A stretch of DNA of 64,000 nucleotides, from the NCBI GenBank assembly GCA_039818205.1, contig JBCBUK010000003.1:224001-288000 (forward strand), read 5' to 3'. Shown one piece after another: positions 1 through 10,790 of the stretch; the stretch's first letter is position 1; each line of letters opens with the position of its first letter. This stretch comes from Verrucomicrobiota bacterium (GTDB lineage: Bacteria; Verrucomicrobiota; Verrucomicrobiia; Opitutales; Cerasicoccaceae). The translations under genes were made by a program, and so were the position numbers. Under the pieces are notes generated by a model that was given only the letters and a program-made list of their open reading frames with translations, ran no database searches and was not told the origin of the DNA.

Positions 1-918
1 TAACCAACCACCCTCTGGTTGAAAATAAGCGAGGGGGAGTACGACGGTTATGCCCAGGATGGTTCCAAGGTAGGGGACAATATTGCCAAGGCCCACTAGA
101 ACACCGAGGACAATTGCAAACTTCAAACCGTTCAACCCGAAGCCGACGGCAAAGGCGAGGGAGAGGATGATACCGATCAAAATCTGACCGCGGAAAAAAG
201 ACACTAGGATGTCGACGAACTGGCGCACGAGAAAAATGATGTCGTCCCGCCATTTTTTATCGAGGAAGGACAGCTGTGAGTTGATGTCTTTCCACGTTTC
301 GCGATTGCTGTCGAGCAGGTAGAATAAATACACAGGCATGACGGCATACGCGGCGATTCTTGCAAACAGGCCGAGCATGAATCCGCTGGCAGTACTCACT
401 GTCTCAAGGGTGCGTAGGAGCGTGTCTTTGATGAAAGAACTGTGCTCTGCCAGCAACAAATTGATCGATTCTTCGACCGAGGAGGCTCCCGTTTGTTTGT
501 TGATCCATTCGTTCAACCAGGGGGCTTTCTCCCGGCCAAACTCGACAACGTTGGAAACAATTTTCGGAACGCTGTCGATGAGCTCCAAGGATTGCTTGAA
601 GAGCATCGGGATGGCGTAGGCGGCGATCCCAGCCATCGCCAAAACGACGAGTGCAAACAATAGCCCGATACTCTTGACGCGGCTTAACTTGAGCTTGTCT
701 TCAAAAAACGCCACGATGGGCCTGAGTAAGGTCGCAAGGATTGCGGCAAGGGCCACCGGGAGGAGAACGTCGCTAAAGGTGTCGACAAAACTGCGGAGGA
801 GCATGAACAGGCCGTAGGCTGCTCCTAGGAGAACGACCACACCGATCACCGTTAAGGCGGCGCCCACGATATTGCGTTGCGTTTGAGACAGTAGGCGAGG
901 TGAGCTTTCGTCAGACAT
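1..918 (-). CDS. AI-2E family (PerM/UPF0118) transporter, 3' end runs off the window
   Basis: Manual translation from ATG at 918 (MSDESSPRLLSQTQRNIVGAALTVIGVVVLLG...LLPVALAAILATLLRPIV...FFRGQILIG...LGNIVPYLG) gives a multi-TM protein with AI-2E-type motifs. It is absent from the ORF track because there is no stop in the window. Confidence 0.85.
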   Translation of the reverse strand, partial: MSDESSPRLLSQTQRNIVGAALTVIGVVVLLGAAYGLFMLLRSFVDTFSDVLLPVALAAILATLLRPIVAFFEDKLKLSRVKSIGLLFALVVLAMAGIAAYAIPMLFKQSLELIDSVPKIVSNVVEFGREKAPWLNEWINKQTGASSVEESINLLLAEHSSFIKDTLLRTLETVSTASGFMLGLFARIAAYAVMPVYLFYLLDSNRETWKDINSQLSFLDKKWRDDIIFLVRQFVDILVSFFRGQILIGIILSLAFAVGFGLNGLKFAIVLGVLVGLGNIVPYLGTILGITVVLPLAYFQPEGGWL

Positions 919-932
919 GGTGTTGTGATTTC

Positions 933-1148
933 CTATTGGTTCCTGATCCACCGTGCGATCCAGGGTCGAATATCGCTTTGCCGTGACGGATGTTCAATAA
1001 TAATGAGCGCGTTTCTCGATAGGTTTTGGAACACTTCCTCCGCCACCGAAGCGATTGATTCGGAGGGCGATAGTTTCTTCGCAGTTCTCGAGATTCCCGT
1101 GGTCGGATCGGTTGGGAGCGCGGTGATGAGCATCCGGCTATTGATCAT
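933..1148 (-). CDS. small hypothetical protein (71 aa)
   Basis: GGAGGGG lies 6 nt upstream of the ATG, and the stop is about 15 nt before the AI-2E start. No recognisable domain. Confidence 0.35.
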   Translation of the reverse strand: MINSRMLITALPTDPTTGISRTAKKLSPSESIASVAEEVFQNLSRNALIIIEHPSRQSDIRPWIARWIRNQ

Positions 1149-1338
1149 GGCGTACCCCTCCGTCGGCTAGAGCCTGGCGATTATGGTCACAGACTCGATT
1201 AGGAGGAGACCGCCGCAAATCATTCGCTGCGGCAAATATTCCTACAATCGGGTCCGGTAGATCTTCCATGGTTGGAAGGATACTGGTTCCCGCTCCGCTA
1301 TGCCATTATAACTCCTACGCCCGATTATAAGGCGGGAA

Positions 1339-1620
1339 TCAATCGTCTTCGAGGAAGTCGTATAGACCAATTGCTCGACGGACTTCAGGTGCTTCGGAGA
1401 TCTGGTCGACAAACTCGTCGACGCTGAAATCGGCGACGACAAAATCGTTGTACTCGAAGGTTGGCGTAAGTGATTGCCCGCTAATCTCGATCATGCGCTG
1501 CATGTTTGATTTGCTGATGAGGACGTCTCGAATGTCGACATCAATTCCATGCTGCTGGAAGTATGCGAGGGCTTCACGGCACCAGGGGCATCCCGGCTTG
1601 ATGTATAGGATAGGTTTCAT
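1339..1620 (-). CDS. glutaredoxin-family protein (NrdH/Grx-like)
   Basis: 93 aa with LYIKPGCPWC (CxxC) and GQSLTPTF (cis-Pro loop). Confidence 0.85.
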   Translation of the reverse strand: MKPILYIKPGCPWCREALAYFQQHGIDVDIRDVLISKSNMQRMIEISGQSLTPTFEYNDFVVADFSVDEFVDQISEAPEVRRAIGLYDFLEDD

Positions 1621-1810
1621 TTTATCTGTTTCACCGTTAAGGACTTAAATAAAGCTTAATGCCGGAAAAGAGCAACCTTTTTCGTAATGAATCGAGGTGT
1701 TCTGGTGGCAGTATTAGTGATGGGATATGAGACTTTCGAGTTGCTGTTAACTGCAAACGTTCAATCCCGCTCGACAACTCAGTCGGGCAGCGCAACTATT
1801 CCTTACGTAT

Positions 1811-4654
1811 ATGGATATCCACATCAAAGGCGCGCGGGAACACAACTTGCAGAACGTGGAGCTGCGCATCCCACGCGGAAAATTGGTGGTGATGACGGGC
1901 GTTAGTGGTTCCGGAAAATCATCGTTGGCTTTTGATACCATTTACGCGGAAGGGTACCGTAAATATGTGGACAGTCTTTCGACGCGGGCGCGTCAGCTGC
2001 TCGAACAAATTAAGCGGCCCGAAGTCGATTTTATCCATGGGCTTTCGCCAGTCGTCGCCATCGAGCAGCGTTCGGCAGCGGGATCGAATCCGCGCAGCAC
2101 GGTGGCAACCGTTACCGAAATTGCTGACTATGCTCGGTTGTTGTGGGCAGTTTGTGGGGAGCAATTCGATCCGATTGATGGCGGTAAAATTGAACGACGA
2201 TCACTGGACGATTGCATTCGCATGGTTTACCGTGAGCCCGAGGATTCCCGGTTGATGATCCTGGCGCCGGTATTGACGGCGCGTGCCTCGGTGATTCGAG
2301 AAGAGATTCCTCATTTGCGCCAGAAGGGTTTTCAACGGGTACGGATAGACGGCGAAACCTATGACCTGCAAGATGCCGAGAAATTTCCAAGTCAAACCGG
2401 TGAGCTTGCACTGGAGGTCATCGTGGACCGGATTGTCTTGCGCGACGATCAACGTTCGCGCTTGGCGGATTCGCTGGAGCTCGCATTCCAGGAGGGAAAA
2501 GACCGTGCGTTGGTCTTGGCGCAGGAGAATCGTGACGCGCCTTGGAAGGAACTACGCCTGAGCCGCGCTTTGGCGGGCGCTACCTCGGGGCAGGTTTACG
2601 ACCCGCTTACGCCGCGTCACTTTTCGTGGAACCATCCGGAAGGAGCTTGTGAGACCTGTGGCGGGGTGGGGCAGACCCGTCAGTTCAATGAAGCCTTGTT
2701 GATTCCCGATCCATCACTGCCGGTGAAGAAAGGGGTAATTAAGCCGCTTCGACTGGGGTCCAAGGCGATGATTATCAAGCACAATGCTATCCTTAAACAG
2801 TTAGCTGAGCAGCTGCCTTTTGATAACACCGTGGCCTGGGAAAAATTGGAGCCGGAAATTCGCGAGACGATTTTGCATGGTGCCGGAGAGCGTTTGTTCA
2901 GCTTTAAATTGAAACGTGGTAATTCGAAACCGGAAGCCAAGCGTTGGGAGGGAGTGATGCCCCTATTAGAGGATATTCGCAGGGACACGAGCAGTGATGG
3001 CCTCCGTGCCCGGTTGATGGCCTATCAGATTGCTTCAGAGTGTCCCGACTGCCATGGACAGCGGCTCAACGCGCGGGCGCGAAACGTTTGGGTGGGTGGG
3101 ATGAGATTTACAGACTTTCTATCGCAGAGCATTGCTGATGCCAAAAGCTTTGTTTCGCAAAGTTTGCTCTCGAATGAATCTTTGGAATCTGCCAAAGAGG
3201 CTTTGGTTGGTTTGGATCAACGCCTGGGCTTTCTGAATGAGGTTGGACTTGGCTACCTTACTATGGAGCGCGCCTATGCCACATTATCAGGCGGTGAAGC
3301 GCAGCGCGTTCGCTTGGCGACTCAGCTTGGAATGGGCTTAGTGGGAGTTTGTTATGTTTTGGATGAGCCGAGTATCGGTTTGCACCCGCATGATAACGAG
3401 AAGCTGATCCGCACGCTCCTGGATATGCGTGATCGTGGAAATGCAGTGATTGTTGTTGAGCATGATGAGGCGACGATGAAGGCGGCGGATTGGCTGGTCG
3501 AACTTGGTCCCGGGGCCGGAGCCCAAGGTGGACAGGTCGTTTTTCAGGGGACGCCGGTTGAGTGCGAAGACGATTCGAAGTCTCGGACAGGGCCTTACCT
3601 TTCAGGGAAGCGGCGTCTGATGAAGGACTTAGCTGACCGAAATCCGGACTATGGTTGGTTGACCGTTTTGAATGCCCGCGAACACAACCTGCGTGGAATC
3701 AGTGGGCGATTTCCACTGCGGCTGTTGACGGTTGTTTGCGGTATGTCGGGATCGGGAAAGAGTACCTTGGTTAATGATATTCTAGCGAAGGCCGCTTCTT
3801 TCAAACTCCACGGAGCGAAACAGATTCCTGGCAAACACGATGGAATCGATGGGCTTGAGGCGTTCAAGAGCGTGATCCGTGTTGACCAGGATCCGATCGG
3901 CAAAAGCCCGCGATCAAACCCGGCGACCTACACCAAGATATTCGATCATTTGCGTGACTTGTTTGCAAAGTGTCCGCTGTCCAAGGTCCGAGGCTACAAG
4001 GGAAGTCGATTTAGCTTTAACGTTCGCGGAGGACGCTGCGAGCGTTGCCAGGGGGATGGCCAGATCAAGTTGGACATGCAGTTTCTTGGTGACGTTTTTG
4101 TCGAGTGTCCGAGTTGCCGAGGTAAGCGATACAATCGAGAAACTCTGGAGGTTCGCTTCAAGGGGTATAACATTGCCGAGGTATTGGACATGACCGTTGA
4201 AGAGGCCCTGGTTCTGTTTAAGAATATCCCGAAGATCGCCGAACGCTTACGTACATTGGCGGCTGTCGGCTTAGGATATGTCAAACTTGGCCAGCCAGCG
4301 AATACACTCTCGGGTGGTGAAGCCCAGCGCATCAAATTGTCACTGGAGTTGGCCAAGCGGCAACAGGGGGAAACTCTTTATCTACTCGATGAGCCGACTA
4401 CGGGGCTCCATTGGGAGGATATTCAAAAGCTGTTGGACTTGTTGTTTCAACTGCGAGACGCTGGCAACACCGTTGTCCTGATTGAACATCATACTGATGT
4501 GATTCGTTTAGCGGATTGGGTTATTGAACTCGGCCCCAAAGGAGGCAAGGACGGAGGGGGCTTGGTTTTTGAAGGTAAACCGAAAGACCTGCCGCAGTGT
4601 GAAGCTTCGCTTACTGGACCCTACTTACTGGGGTCGGAGTTAGTCCGACGGTAG
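1811..4654 (+). CDS. uvrA: excinuclease ABC subunit A
   Basis: GAREHNL, two Walker A motifs ([18 protein letters not shown]), two LSGGEAQR signatures and Zn-finger CxxC pairs. Confidence 0.98.
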   Translation: MDIHIKGAREHNLQNVELRIPRGKLVVMTGVSGSGKSSLAFDTIYAEGYRKYVDSLSTRARQLLEQIKRPEVDFIHGLSPVVAIEQRSAAGSNPRSTVATVTEIADYARLLWAVCGEQFDPIDGGKIERRSLDDCIRMVYREPEDSRLMILAPVLTARASVIREEIPHLRQKGFQRVRIDGETYDLQDAEKFPSQTGELALEVIVDRIVLRDDQRSRLADSLELAFQEGKDRALVLAQENRDAPWKELRLSRALAGATSGQVYDPLTPRHFSWNHPEGACETCGGVGQTRQFNEALLIPDPSLPVKKGVIKPLRLGSKAMIIKHNAILKQLAEQLPFDNTVAWEKLEPEIRETILHGAGERLFSFKLKRGNSKPEAKRWEGVMPLLEDIRRDTSSDGLRARLMAYQIASECPDCHGQRLNARARNVWVGGMRFTDFLSQSIADAKSFVSQSLLSNESLESAKEALVGLDQRLGFLNEVGLGYLTMERAYATLSGGEAQRVRLATQLGMGLVGVCYVLDEPSIGLHPHDNEKLIRTLLDMRDRGNAVIVVEHDEATMKAADWLVELGPGAGAQGGQVVFQGTPVECEDDSKSRTGPYLSGKRRLMKDLADRNPDYGWLTVLNAREHNLRGISGRFPLRLLTVVCGMSGSGKSTLVNDILAKAASFKLHGAKQIPGKHDGIDGLEAFKSVIRVDQDPIGKSPRSNPATYTKIFDHLRDLFAKCPLSKVRGYKGSRFSFNVRGGRCERCQGDGQIKLDMQFLGDVFVECPSCRGKRYNRETLEVRFKGYNIAEVLDMTVEEALVLFKNIPKIAERLRTLAAVGLGYVKLGQPANTLSGGEAQRIKLSLELAKRQQGETLYLLDEPTTGLHWEDIQKLLDLLFQLRDAGNTVVLIEHHTDVIRLADWVIELGPKGGKDGGGLVFEGKPKDLPQCEASLTGPYLLGSELVRR

Positions 4655-5587
4655 CGGACCGGATAGGGGTGAGTTTACCGACTTGCGTTTGATAATCCGA
4701 GTCACCACGCCATAGCGGGGCGCAAAGAGCCAGGCTGCGATAAAGAAGAGTCCGGTGGTCACTGCCATCATTCCAGAGGTCACGGTGTCGCGGTAACCTA
4801 GCCAGGGCGGGACAACAATCGCAAGCACGTGGCCAACGAATGCGCTGACTGCACCGATAATGCACGCGAGTAAGACCATGATTCCTAATCGGTCAGTTAG
4901 TAGATGGGCGGCGGCGGCCGGCGTTACCAGCATCGCGATGACAATGATACTACCGACGGCCTCAAAGGCGGCGACCGTTGTTACGGCGACTTGTGTCATC
5001 AGCACATAGTGCATCACGTTTGCGTTGATTCCCTGAGTGGTCGCTAGTTCCGGGTCAAACGAGCTAATTCGTAGTTCTTTGAAAAAAGCCAGCGTCAGAA
5101 TCAAGTTAAACAACGCCACACTTCCGAGTACAATGGCTGCCCGCGGAACCTCGACCCAGGTCTCACCCCATTGGAATTCCCAGGCAACATCGAGCGGCGT
5201 GAATTCAATCGCACCGTACAGAACGCAGCTGGGATCGAGGTCAATGTGGTCTGCTGCTTGGACAATGAGTAAGAGCCCAAGTGCGAATAGCGTCGTAAAC
5301 ACGATCCCCATTGAGGCACCTCGGTCAACCTTACCCCAGTTGCTGATCCATTGGGTAAAGACCGCCGTGAGAACTCCGACGATTGCTGCGCCCAGAAACA
5401 TGGTGACGCTTGCCCGCGTTCCTGAGATGAGGAATGCGATGACCAATCCCGGCAAAACGGCGTGGCTGATTGCGTCGCCCATCATGCTCATTTGTCGAAG
5501 GACGAGGAAGCTTCCGGGAATTGCGCAAGCAATCGCCGTCAACGCACCAACAATCACGATCCAGGTGTCGATCGAATGCCAACTCAT
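4640..5587 (-). CDS. troD: Mn/Fe/Zn ABC transporter permease (TroD/MntD-like)
   Basis: [18 protein letters not shown]-3 motif, multi-TM, last gene of the operon. Overlaps the uvrA 3' end by 15 nt. Confidence 0.9.
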   Translation of the reverse strand: MSWHSIDTWIVIVGALTAIACAIPGSFLVLRQMSMMGDAISHAVLPGLVIAFLISGTRASVTMFLGAAIVGVLTAVFTQWISNWGKVDRGASMGIVFTTLFALGLLLIVQAADHIDLDPSCVLYGAIEFTPLDVAWEFQWGETWVEVPRAAIVLGSVALFNLILTLAFFKELRISSFDPELATTQGINANVMHYVLMTQVAVTTVAAFEAVGSIIVIAMLVTPAAAAHLLTDRLGIMVLLACIIGAVSAFVGHVLAIVVPPWLGYRDTVTSGMMAVTTGLFFIAAWLFAPRYGVVTRIIKRKSVNSPLSGPLPSD

Positions 5588-7050
5588 GCGCGGGCCTCCT
5601 GCTGTTGTCGAATCTGGTGCGGGCTTTGTGGAATCGTCTGCATGTCTAGGTGTTCCTCAAGCTCACGGACCATGTCGGCGCTGAGGACGTGTTCGACCGA
5701 ATCAGCGTCGCGATCGACATGGCTGGCGGCGATGTCTGCATGGGTGATGAGAAAAATTTCCCAGAGGCGGTGGTTGCGGGTTATACGTGCAGCTTCGCCA
5801 AACCCTGGTTCGGAAAGTCGGATCGTTTCGGAGGCAGAGTCTTCAATATGATCTTCGCGGCGGGCCAGCCGGAGCAGAGCGCGCACCCGCTTGGGCGACC
5901 AGGTTCGGTGCCGTAATACTGCGTCGAAGCTAACCGGGATATTGGCCGGAGGCTTTCCTTGGGCGTCGCACAAGTCTTCTTGAATTTCGAAGACCGCACG
6001 TAATAGGTGCTGCCGACCAACCTTTTGCTTGAGTCGGTGCAAAGAGAATGAGCGCCGAAGCACTCCACGGGACCGGCCAAACACCATACTGAAAATAAAA
6101 ATCGACGCCGCGATCAAAACGATTACGGGTCCAGCTGCTAGCTTCGATAGCACTGCGCTGACCGAGGCGCCAATCCAACCACTGACGCCACCAATGACGG
6201 CTGACCCAAAAAGCATCCAACGCAGGTCGTTCGTCCAGAAGCGTGCAGCAGCCGCTGGCGTAATTAAAAATGCGATGATGAGAATCAAGCCAACTGCTTG
6301 CAGCCCGACAACGGTGATCGCAGCCACGAGGGCGAGCATTATAACATCCAGACGATGAATGGGCCACCCTTGGCTTCTCCCAAAGCCCTCATCGAAACAG
6401 AGTAGAGTGAACTCTTTCAGTAAGATTAAAGAGCAGATCAAAACGGCGACAGCAACAATTGAAACCAAGATGAAATCAGAAAAAACCATCGAGGCAGCAC
6501 GGCCGTAAATAAAGCTTTCCAAGCCGGCTGCGCTTTGTCCGGGAGTATCCTCCACCATCTTGAGAATTGCGACACCTGCGCCGAAAAATACGCTGAGCAC
6601 GATGCCCATCGCTGCGTCGTCCTTAATGCGCGATGTATTGCGCACAACGAGAACGGCAAGTACGCCGAGCACTCCTGTGATGGTAGCGCCCAAGAGGAGG
6701 CCAGGTAAACTCTTCCCGTTGAATCCCAGCGCCGTCATAACGATGAAAGCAAGGCCAATCCCCGGTAAGCAAGCGTGGGAAAGCGCGTCTCCCATTAGAG
6801 ATCTTTTGCGCAGAAGCAGGAAACATCCGATCAAGCCCGAGGCGAGTCCCAGGATCAAGGTGCTCGCGACCACGAGGCTGGTATTGTAGTCCTGGAAGGT
6901 AAATACTCGATAAAGAATGTGCCAAAGCGAAGGCTCCTGATCGTTTGTCACTGTTGACTCTGCGTGACAAAGTAACGGCACGAAAAGAGTGAATGCGAAG
7001 CCGGATATGCGTCGAGTGGTTCTAAAGGTGAGCTGGACTAAGCGAATCAT
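5584..7050 (-). CDS. troC: Mn/Fe ABC permease fused to a C-terminal DtxR-like repressor domain (YtgCR-like)
   Basis: N-terminal SLMGDALSHACLPG permease. C-terminal GFGEAARITRNHRLWEIFL...VDRDADSVEHVLS matches the DtxR/MntR metal-binding/dimerisation region. Confidence 0.88.
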   Translation of the reverse strand: MIRLVQLTFRTTRRISGFAFTLFVPLLCHAESTVTNDQEPSLWHILYRVFTFQDYNTSLVVASTLILGLASGLIGCFLLLRKRSLMGDALSHACLPGIGLAFIVMTALGFNGKSLPGLLLGATITGVLGVLAVLVVRNTSRIKDDAAMGIVLSVFFGAGVAILKMVEDTPGQSAAGLESFIYGRAASMVFSDFILVSIVAVAVLICSLILLKEFTLLCFDEGFGRSQGWPIHRLDVIMLALVAAITVVGLQAVGLILIIAFLITPAAAARFWTNDLRWMLFGSAVIGGVSGWIGASVSAVLSKLAAGPVIVLIAASIFIFSMVFGRSRGVLRRSFSLHRLKQKVGRQHLLRAVFEIQEDLCDAQGKPPANIPVSFDAVLRHRTWSPKRVRALLRLARREDHIEDSASETIRLSEPGFGEAARITRNHRLWEIFLITHADIAASHVDRDADSVEHVLSADMVRELEEHLDMQTIPQSPHQIRQQQEARA

Positions 7051-7877
7051 TGGCGCTTGATCTGGCTCAATGCGTGGCCGGCTTCTGCCAAGAGGGTCAG
7101 TTTGCCACCATAAGTCTTGTGCAGGTTTTCTGCGGTGAAAACGTCTTCAGTTGGACCCGCCGCGACGACTCGCATGTTCAACAAGATGACCCAATCAAAA
7201 TACTGGGTCACCGTTGCCAGGTCATGGTGGACAACCAACGTTGTTTTGCCTTGAGTTTTCAGGTCTTTAAGGAGCGTGACGATTGCCCGTTCGGTGGCGG
7301 CGTCCACGGCTGCAAACGGTTCGTCCATAAAGTATAAAGTGGCATCTTGGGCGAGGGCTCGGGCGAGGAATACTCGTTGCTGCTGCCCACCCGAAAGCTG
7401 ACTGATTTGGCGGTCGGCCAGGTGACCGATGCCGACGCGTTCGAGTGCCGCTCGCGCAATGTCTTTGTGCTTTCTAAGCACCATATGAAACCATCCGATA
7501 TCGCGGTAGAGACCCATCGCAACCACATCAAGGGCGCTTACCGGAAAATCCCAATCGACGCTTTCCCGTTGGGGAACATAGCCGACCAACGAACGCTGCT
7601 TTTTGTAGGGTTCACCATACACTTGGACTAGTCCCGATGCCGTTGGGACTAGATCGAGACAGGCTTTTATCAGTGTACTTTTCCCTGCGCCGTTTGGACC
7701 GACAATGCCGACTAGTTTACCCTCCGGAATATCCAGGTCGATGTCCCAGAGCACTGGTTTGCGGTGGTAGGCAACGGTCAGGTCATGGATGGACAAGGGT
7801 GCCGAAGGTGAGTGATCGTCCTCGGCCAACCGGTTATCCGGTTTGGGATTGTCGGATGTTTTCAGAAGTTTGGGCAT
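7047..7877 (-). CDS. troB: metal ABC transporter ATP-binding protein
   Basis: GPNGAGKST, YVPQRESVDWDFP, LSGGQQQRVFLARAL and DEPF. Confidence 0.93.
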   Translation of the reverse strand: MPKLLKTSDNPKPDNRLAEDDHSPSAPLSIHDLTVAYHRKPVLWDIDLDIPEGKLVGIVGPNGAGKSTLIKACLDLVPTASGLVQVYGEPYKKQRSLVGYVPQRESVDWDFPVSALDVVAMGLYRDIGWFHMVLRKHKDIARAALERVGIGHLADRQISQLSGGQQQRVFLARALAQDATLYFMDEPFAAVDAATERAIVTLLKDLKTQGKTTLVVHHDLATVTQYFDWVILLNMRVVAAGPTEDVFTAENLHKTYGGKLTLLAEAGHALSQIKRQ

Positions 7878-7881
7878 CGCA

Positions 7882-8865
7882 TTATTGTGAAGCAGATAAC
7901 CTGCCGTTTAAGCCGCTTTGCGGGGCTTGTCCACCGAGAGCCCGGGTAATTGTCGTGACGTTGTGGTCGATCATGCCGATATAAGTACCTTCGTAGGTGC
8001 CGGCCGGACCCATAGCATCTGAGAAGAGCTCACCGCCAATTGCCAATTGGTGCCCTTGGGCGCGTGCGCCTTCGATAAGGGCCCGCACATTCTTATCGGA
8101 AACCGATGTTTCCACAAAGACTGCTGGTATCTTGTTTTTCACTAGAAAGCTTACAAGGCGCTCTATGTCACGAACACCGGCCTCGGACTCGGTGCTCAAG
8201 CCTTGGATACCCCGAACCTCGACACCGTAGGCACGGCCGAGGTAGCTGAACGCATCGTGAGCGGTTACCAGGTGGCGCTGGCTTTCGGGAATGGAGGCGA
8301 TGGATTCCTTTGCGTAGGCATCGAGTTTCTCCAACGACTCAACGTAAGCCGTGGCATTGCGATGGTAGTATTTTGAATTCTTCGGGTCAAAATCGCTAAG
8401 CGCTTTCGCGACGACTTGTGTCGCAACAATCCATCCTTGGACGTCCATCCAAACATGCGGGTCGTAGTGGTTGGCATCATCCGTAATGACATAGTTGCCT
8501 TGATCGAGGATGTCTTCCGTGACTGCGTAAACCGGCTTTCCCTTGCGGGCGATGCGCATCAAAACGTCCGCCATCTTTCCTTCGAGCATCAGGCCATTGT
8601 AGAACACAATGTCGGCCTTGCTGAGTTCGACGACATCTCGCCGGGACGGCTGGTAAAGGTGCGGATCGATTCCTTCACCAATGATGCCTTCAACCTGTGC
8701 TTTTTCCCCGGCCACGTTGCGGACAATGTCGGTGATCATGCCGACCGTCGTGACGGCCGTGTAGGGATATCGCTTCGGTGCGGCGCCGGAAGTGCTTGGG
8801 CCAACCAAGAAGATGATCAAAGCGACAAGGAGCCACTGAATTGTAGAGAGTTTAATGAATTTCAT
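7882..8865 (-). CDS. troA: metal ABC transporter substrate-binding protein (TroA/MntA)
   Basis: Signal peptide plus the cluster A-I metal ligand motifs DPHLY, DPHVWMD, HDAFSY and ELFSD. Confidence 0.93.
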   Translation of the reverse strand: MKFIKLSTIQWLLVALIIFLVGPSTSGAAPKRYPYTAVTTVGMITDIVRNVAGEKAQVEGIIGEGIDPHLYQPSRRDVVELSKADIVFYNGLMLEGKMADVLMRIARKGKPVYAVTEDILDQGNYVITDDANHYDPHVWMDVQGWIVATQVVAKALSDFDPKNSKYYHRNATAYVESLEKLDAYAKESIASIPESQRHLVTAHDAFSYLGRAYGVEVRGIQGLSTESEAGVRDIERLVSFLVKNKIPAVFVETSVSDKNVRALIEGARAQGHQLAIGGELFSDAMGPAGTYEGTYIGMIDHNVTTITRALGGQAPQSGLNGRLSASQ

Positions 8866-8888
8866 GGTGCTGTTTTAAAAGGATCTGG

Positions 8889-10193
8889 CTAAAATACCAT
8901 TTCGGCCCGAACGCCGAGGACGAGAGCATCTTGATTGCTATAGTGCGGATCAAAAATATACTGAAGGTCGGGCTGAATCGCTAACCATTGTGCAAGCGGC
9001 ATTTCGTAGGTGGCCTCGATAATGGTCTCGGTTGTCGATACCGGAGTGCCATTGGCACGGCTATCATTGAGGTAGTCATCCGCAAAAATCGTGTGGGCTA
9101 CGCCAAGGCCGAATTTGTCCGTTGGCCAGATTATCTTCTCAACAACTAGGCCAGCTTCAATAGATGCAGCAACGGTTGCGAGCGTATCATCAGGTGTTGC
9201 ACCACCACGCATAAAAAAGCCGAGGCCGAGTGGGTCATCCTTGGGGTCGAGTAGGTTGTGGTCGATCTGAACGTAGACGGCTCCCAGGCCGTTCTCGGCC
9301 GACCCGTTGGCAAAACTCGTAAACTCCCCGGTTGCATAGAAGCCACCCAAGGTGAGTTCGCCGTGTCCGACGAGTTGGTATTCAAATCCTAGTTCACCAA
9401 ACCAAGCCCAGCCTGCGCCACCTCCAGCGCGCCAACTAAATCCATGGTTGTTGGATTGCACTGGTCCGGCATCGCCCGCGTAGATTGCAGTTTGCAGTGT
9501 TACTCCGTCAACGGCTCGCACGTGGATGTAAGCGCCCGGCGCCGCCAACGGAAAAATCGGTGCTGGAATGTTGCCCGATTCCAACGACGGGGTGCCAAAG
9601 GCTGAGTTGACAAACACGTCGGCATTGTCGGCGACCATGAAGTCGTCGTCGGCCGCGATCTGGCCAACCTTCATTCGGATCTTCCCCTCGAATAGGTGTT
9701 GCTGGAAAAAGATGTTGAACACGTTGATGTCTGTATCTGTGTAGATATTGCTGACGCCATTGAAGTCTCCAACGTAATCACTGCTCAGGTCGTTCCCGCG
9801 AAAATAATAGGTATTCGTAAAGAAACTTGCGCCAGGCCATCCGACCAATGATTCGAGATTCAGTTCGATGCCGAAATCAATGATCCCATTCCAAGCCGAG
9901 CCCGTGGAAATTCCGCCATCCACGTTGGCTAAAAATTCTCCCGTGAATGTTGCGAATGGATGAATCCCATGGTTGGCGAGATCTTTGCGCCAGCCAAACC
10001 AATGGCCCGTCAGTCCGTTCTGTTGAAAATATTCCTTTCCAAAGGCATCGCTAATCAACCAGGTCTCGACGGCCAACTCGTTATCTTCTTGAGCTGGAGC
10101 CGAAGATACGCAGGTAGCCGCTACTAGTAAAGCGAATGCGGTATGGCGCCGGCTCTGATTGCTGATCGTTGGCTGAAAATTCGATGAGAACAT
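8889..10193 (-). CDS. OprB-family (carbohydrate-selective-type) porin
   Basis: Signal peptide, LTGHWFGWRKDL, KVGQIAADDDF, IQPDLQYIFDP and a C-terminal Phe (LGVRAEMVF). Confidence 0.85.
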   Translation of the reverse strand: MFSSNFQPTISNQSRRHTAFALLVAATCVSSAPAQEDNELAVETWLISDAFGKEYFQQNGLTGHWFGWRKDLANHGIHPFATFTGEFLANVDGGISTGSAWNGIIDFGIELNLESLVGWPGASFFTNTYYFRGNDLSSDYVGDFNGVSNIYTDTDINVFNIFFQQHLFEGKIRMKVGQIAADDDFMVADNADVFVNSAFGTPSLESGNIPAPIFPLAAPGAYIHVRAVDGVTLQTAIYAGDAGPVQSNNHGFSWRAGGGAGWAWFGELGFEYQLVGHGELTLGGFYATGEFTSFANGSAENGLGAVYVQIDHNLLDPKDDPLGLGFFMRGGATPDDTLATVAASIEAGLVVEKIIWPTDKFGLGVAHTIFADDYLNDSRANGTPVSTTETIIEATYEMPLAQWLAIQPDLQYIFDPHYSNQDALVLGVRAEMVF

Positions 10194-10206
10194 GACTACT
10201 TCTTTG

Positions 10207-10248
10207 AATGTAGCATAGGCTACATTGTGTGTGTAGCATGAGCTACGT
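10207..10248. promoter_or_regulatory. two tandem MntR-type operator palindromes
   Basis: AATGTAGC-ATAG-GCTACATT (10207-10226, perfect 8-bp inverted repeat) and GTAGC-ATGA-GCTAC (10233-10246). The TAGC-N4-GCTA core resembles the E. coli MntR box. The sites lie between the divergent porin/ABC operon and mntR. Confidence 0.8.
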
Positions 10249-10291
10249 TATTTCCTTGTCAATCGTCTTTGTTCCAATTTCTATCGCGACA

Positions 10292-10714
10292 ATGGCAACC
10301 GGAGTAGACCCCAAGAGCGCCGCCCGACGGCATGAACGTGTGCGAAAGCAGCATTCAGATGAACTCGCTCAGGACTACGTGGAGGCCATTCACGAGCTTA
10401 TCGAATCGGGTAAGCCTGCCCGAGTAACAGATCTCCAGAGTGTTTTTGGTGTGTCTCATGTGTCGGTCGTGCGGGCACTGCAGCGTTTTGAGAAACGTGG
10501 ACTATTGGACCGCTCAAGCGGTGACGGCGTTCAGTTGACTGATTTGGGTCGGAAAATGGCTACCGAGGCTGCTGCTCGGCACCAGTTGGTGGTCGACTTC
10601 TTGCGCAAACTTGGGGTTTCGCACGCGCAGGCGAATGCGGATGCAGAAGGCTTGGAACATCACTTGAGCGATGAGTCGCTCGCGGCTTTACGAAAGTTTG
10701 TCGACGGGGAATAG
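10292..10714 (+). CDS. mntR: manganese-binding transcriptional regulator (DtxR/MntR family)
   Basis: ERVRKQHSDELAQDYVEAI...ARVTDL...GVSHVSV...ARHQLVVDFL...ADAEGLEHHLS. Start placed at ATG 10292 because the longer track ORF begins inside the operators. Confidence 0.9.
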   Translation: MATGVDPKSAARRHERVRKQHSDELAQDYVEAIHELIESGKPARVTDLQSVFGVSHVSVVRALQRFEKRGLLDRSSGDGVQLTDLGRKMATEAAARHQLVVDFLRKLGVSHAQANADAEGLEHHLSDESLAALRKFVDGE

Positions 10715-10790
10715 TTCTGGGGTGGAAAGCGGTCCAATTTGTTGGTTGATTTGCTTGTCACGTTAGGAGAAAGCCAATTGGAATTGGCTC

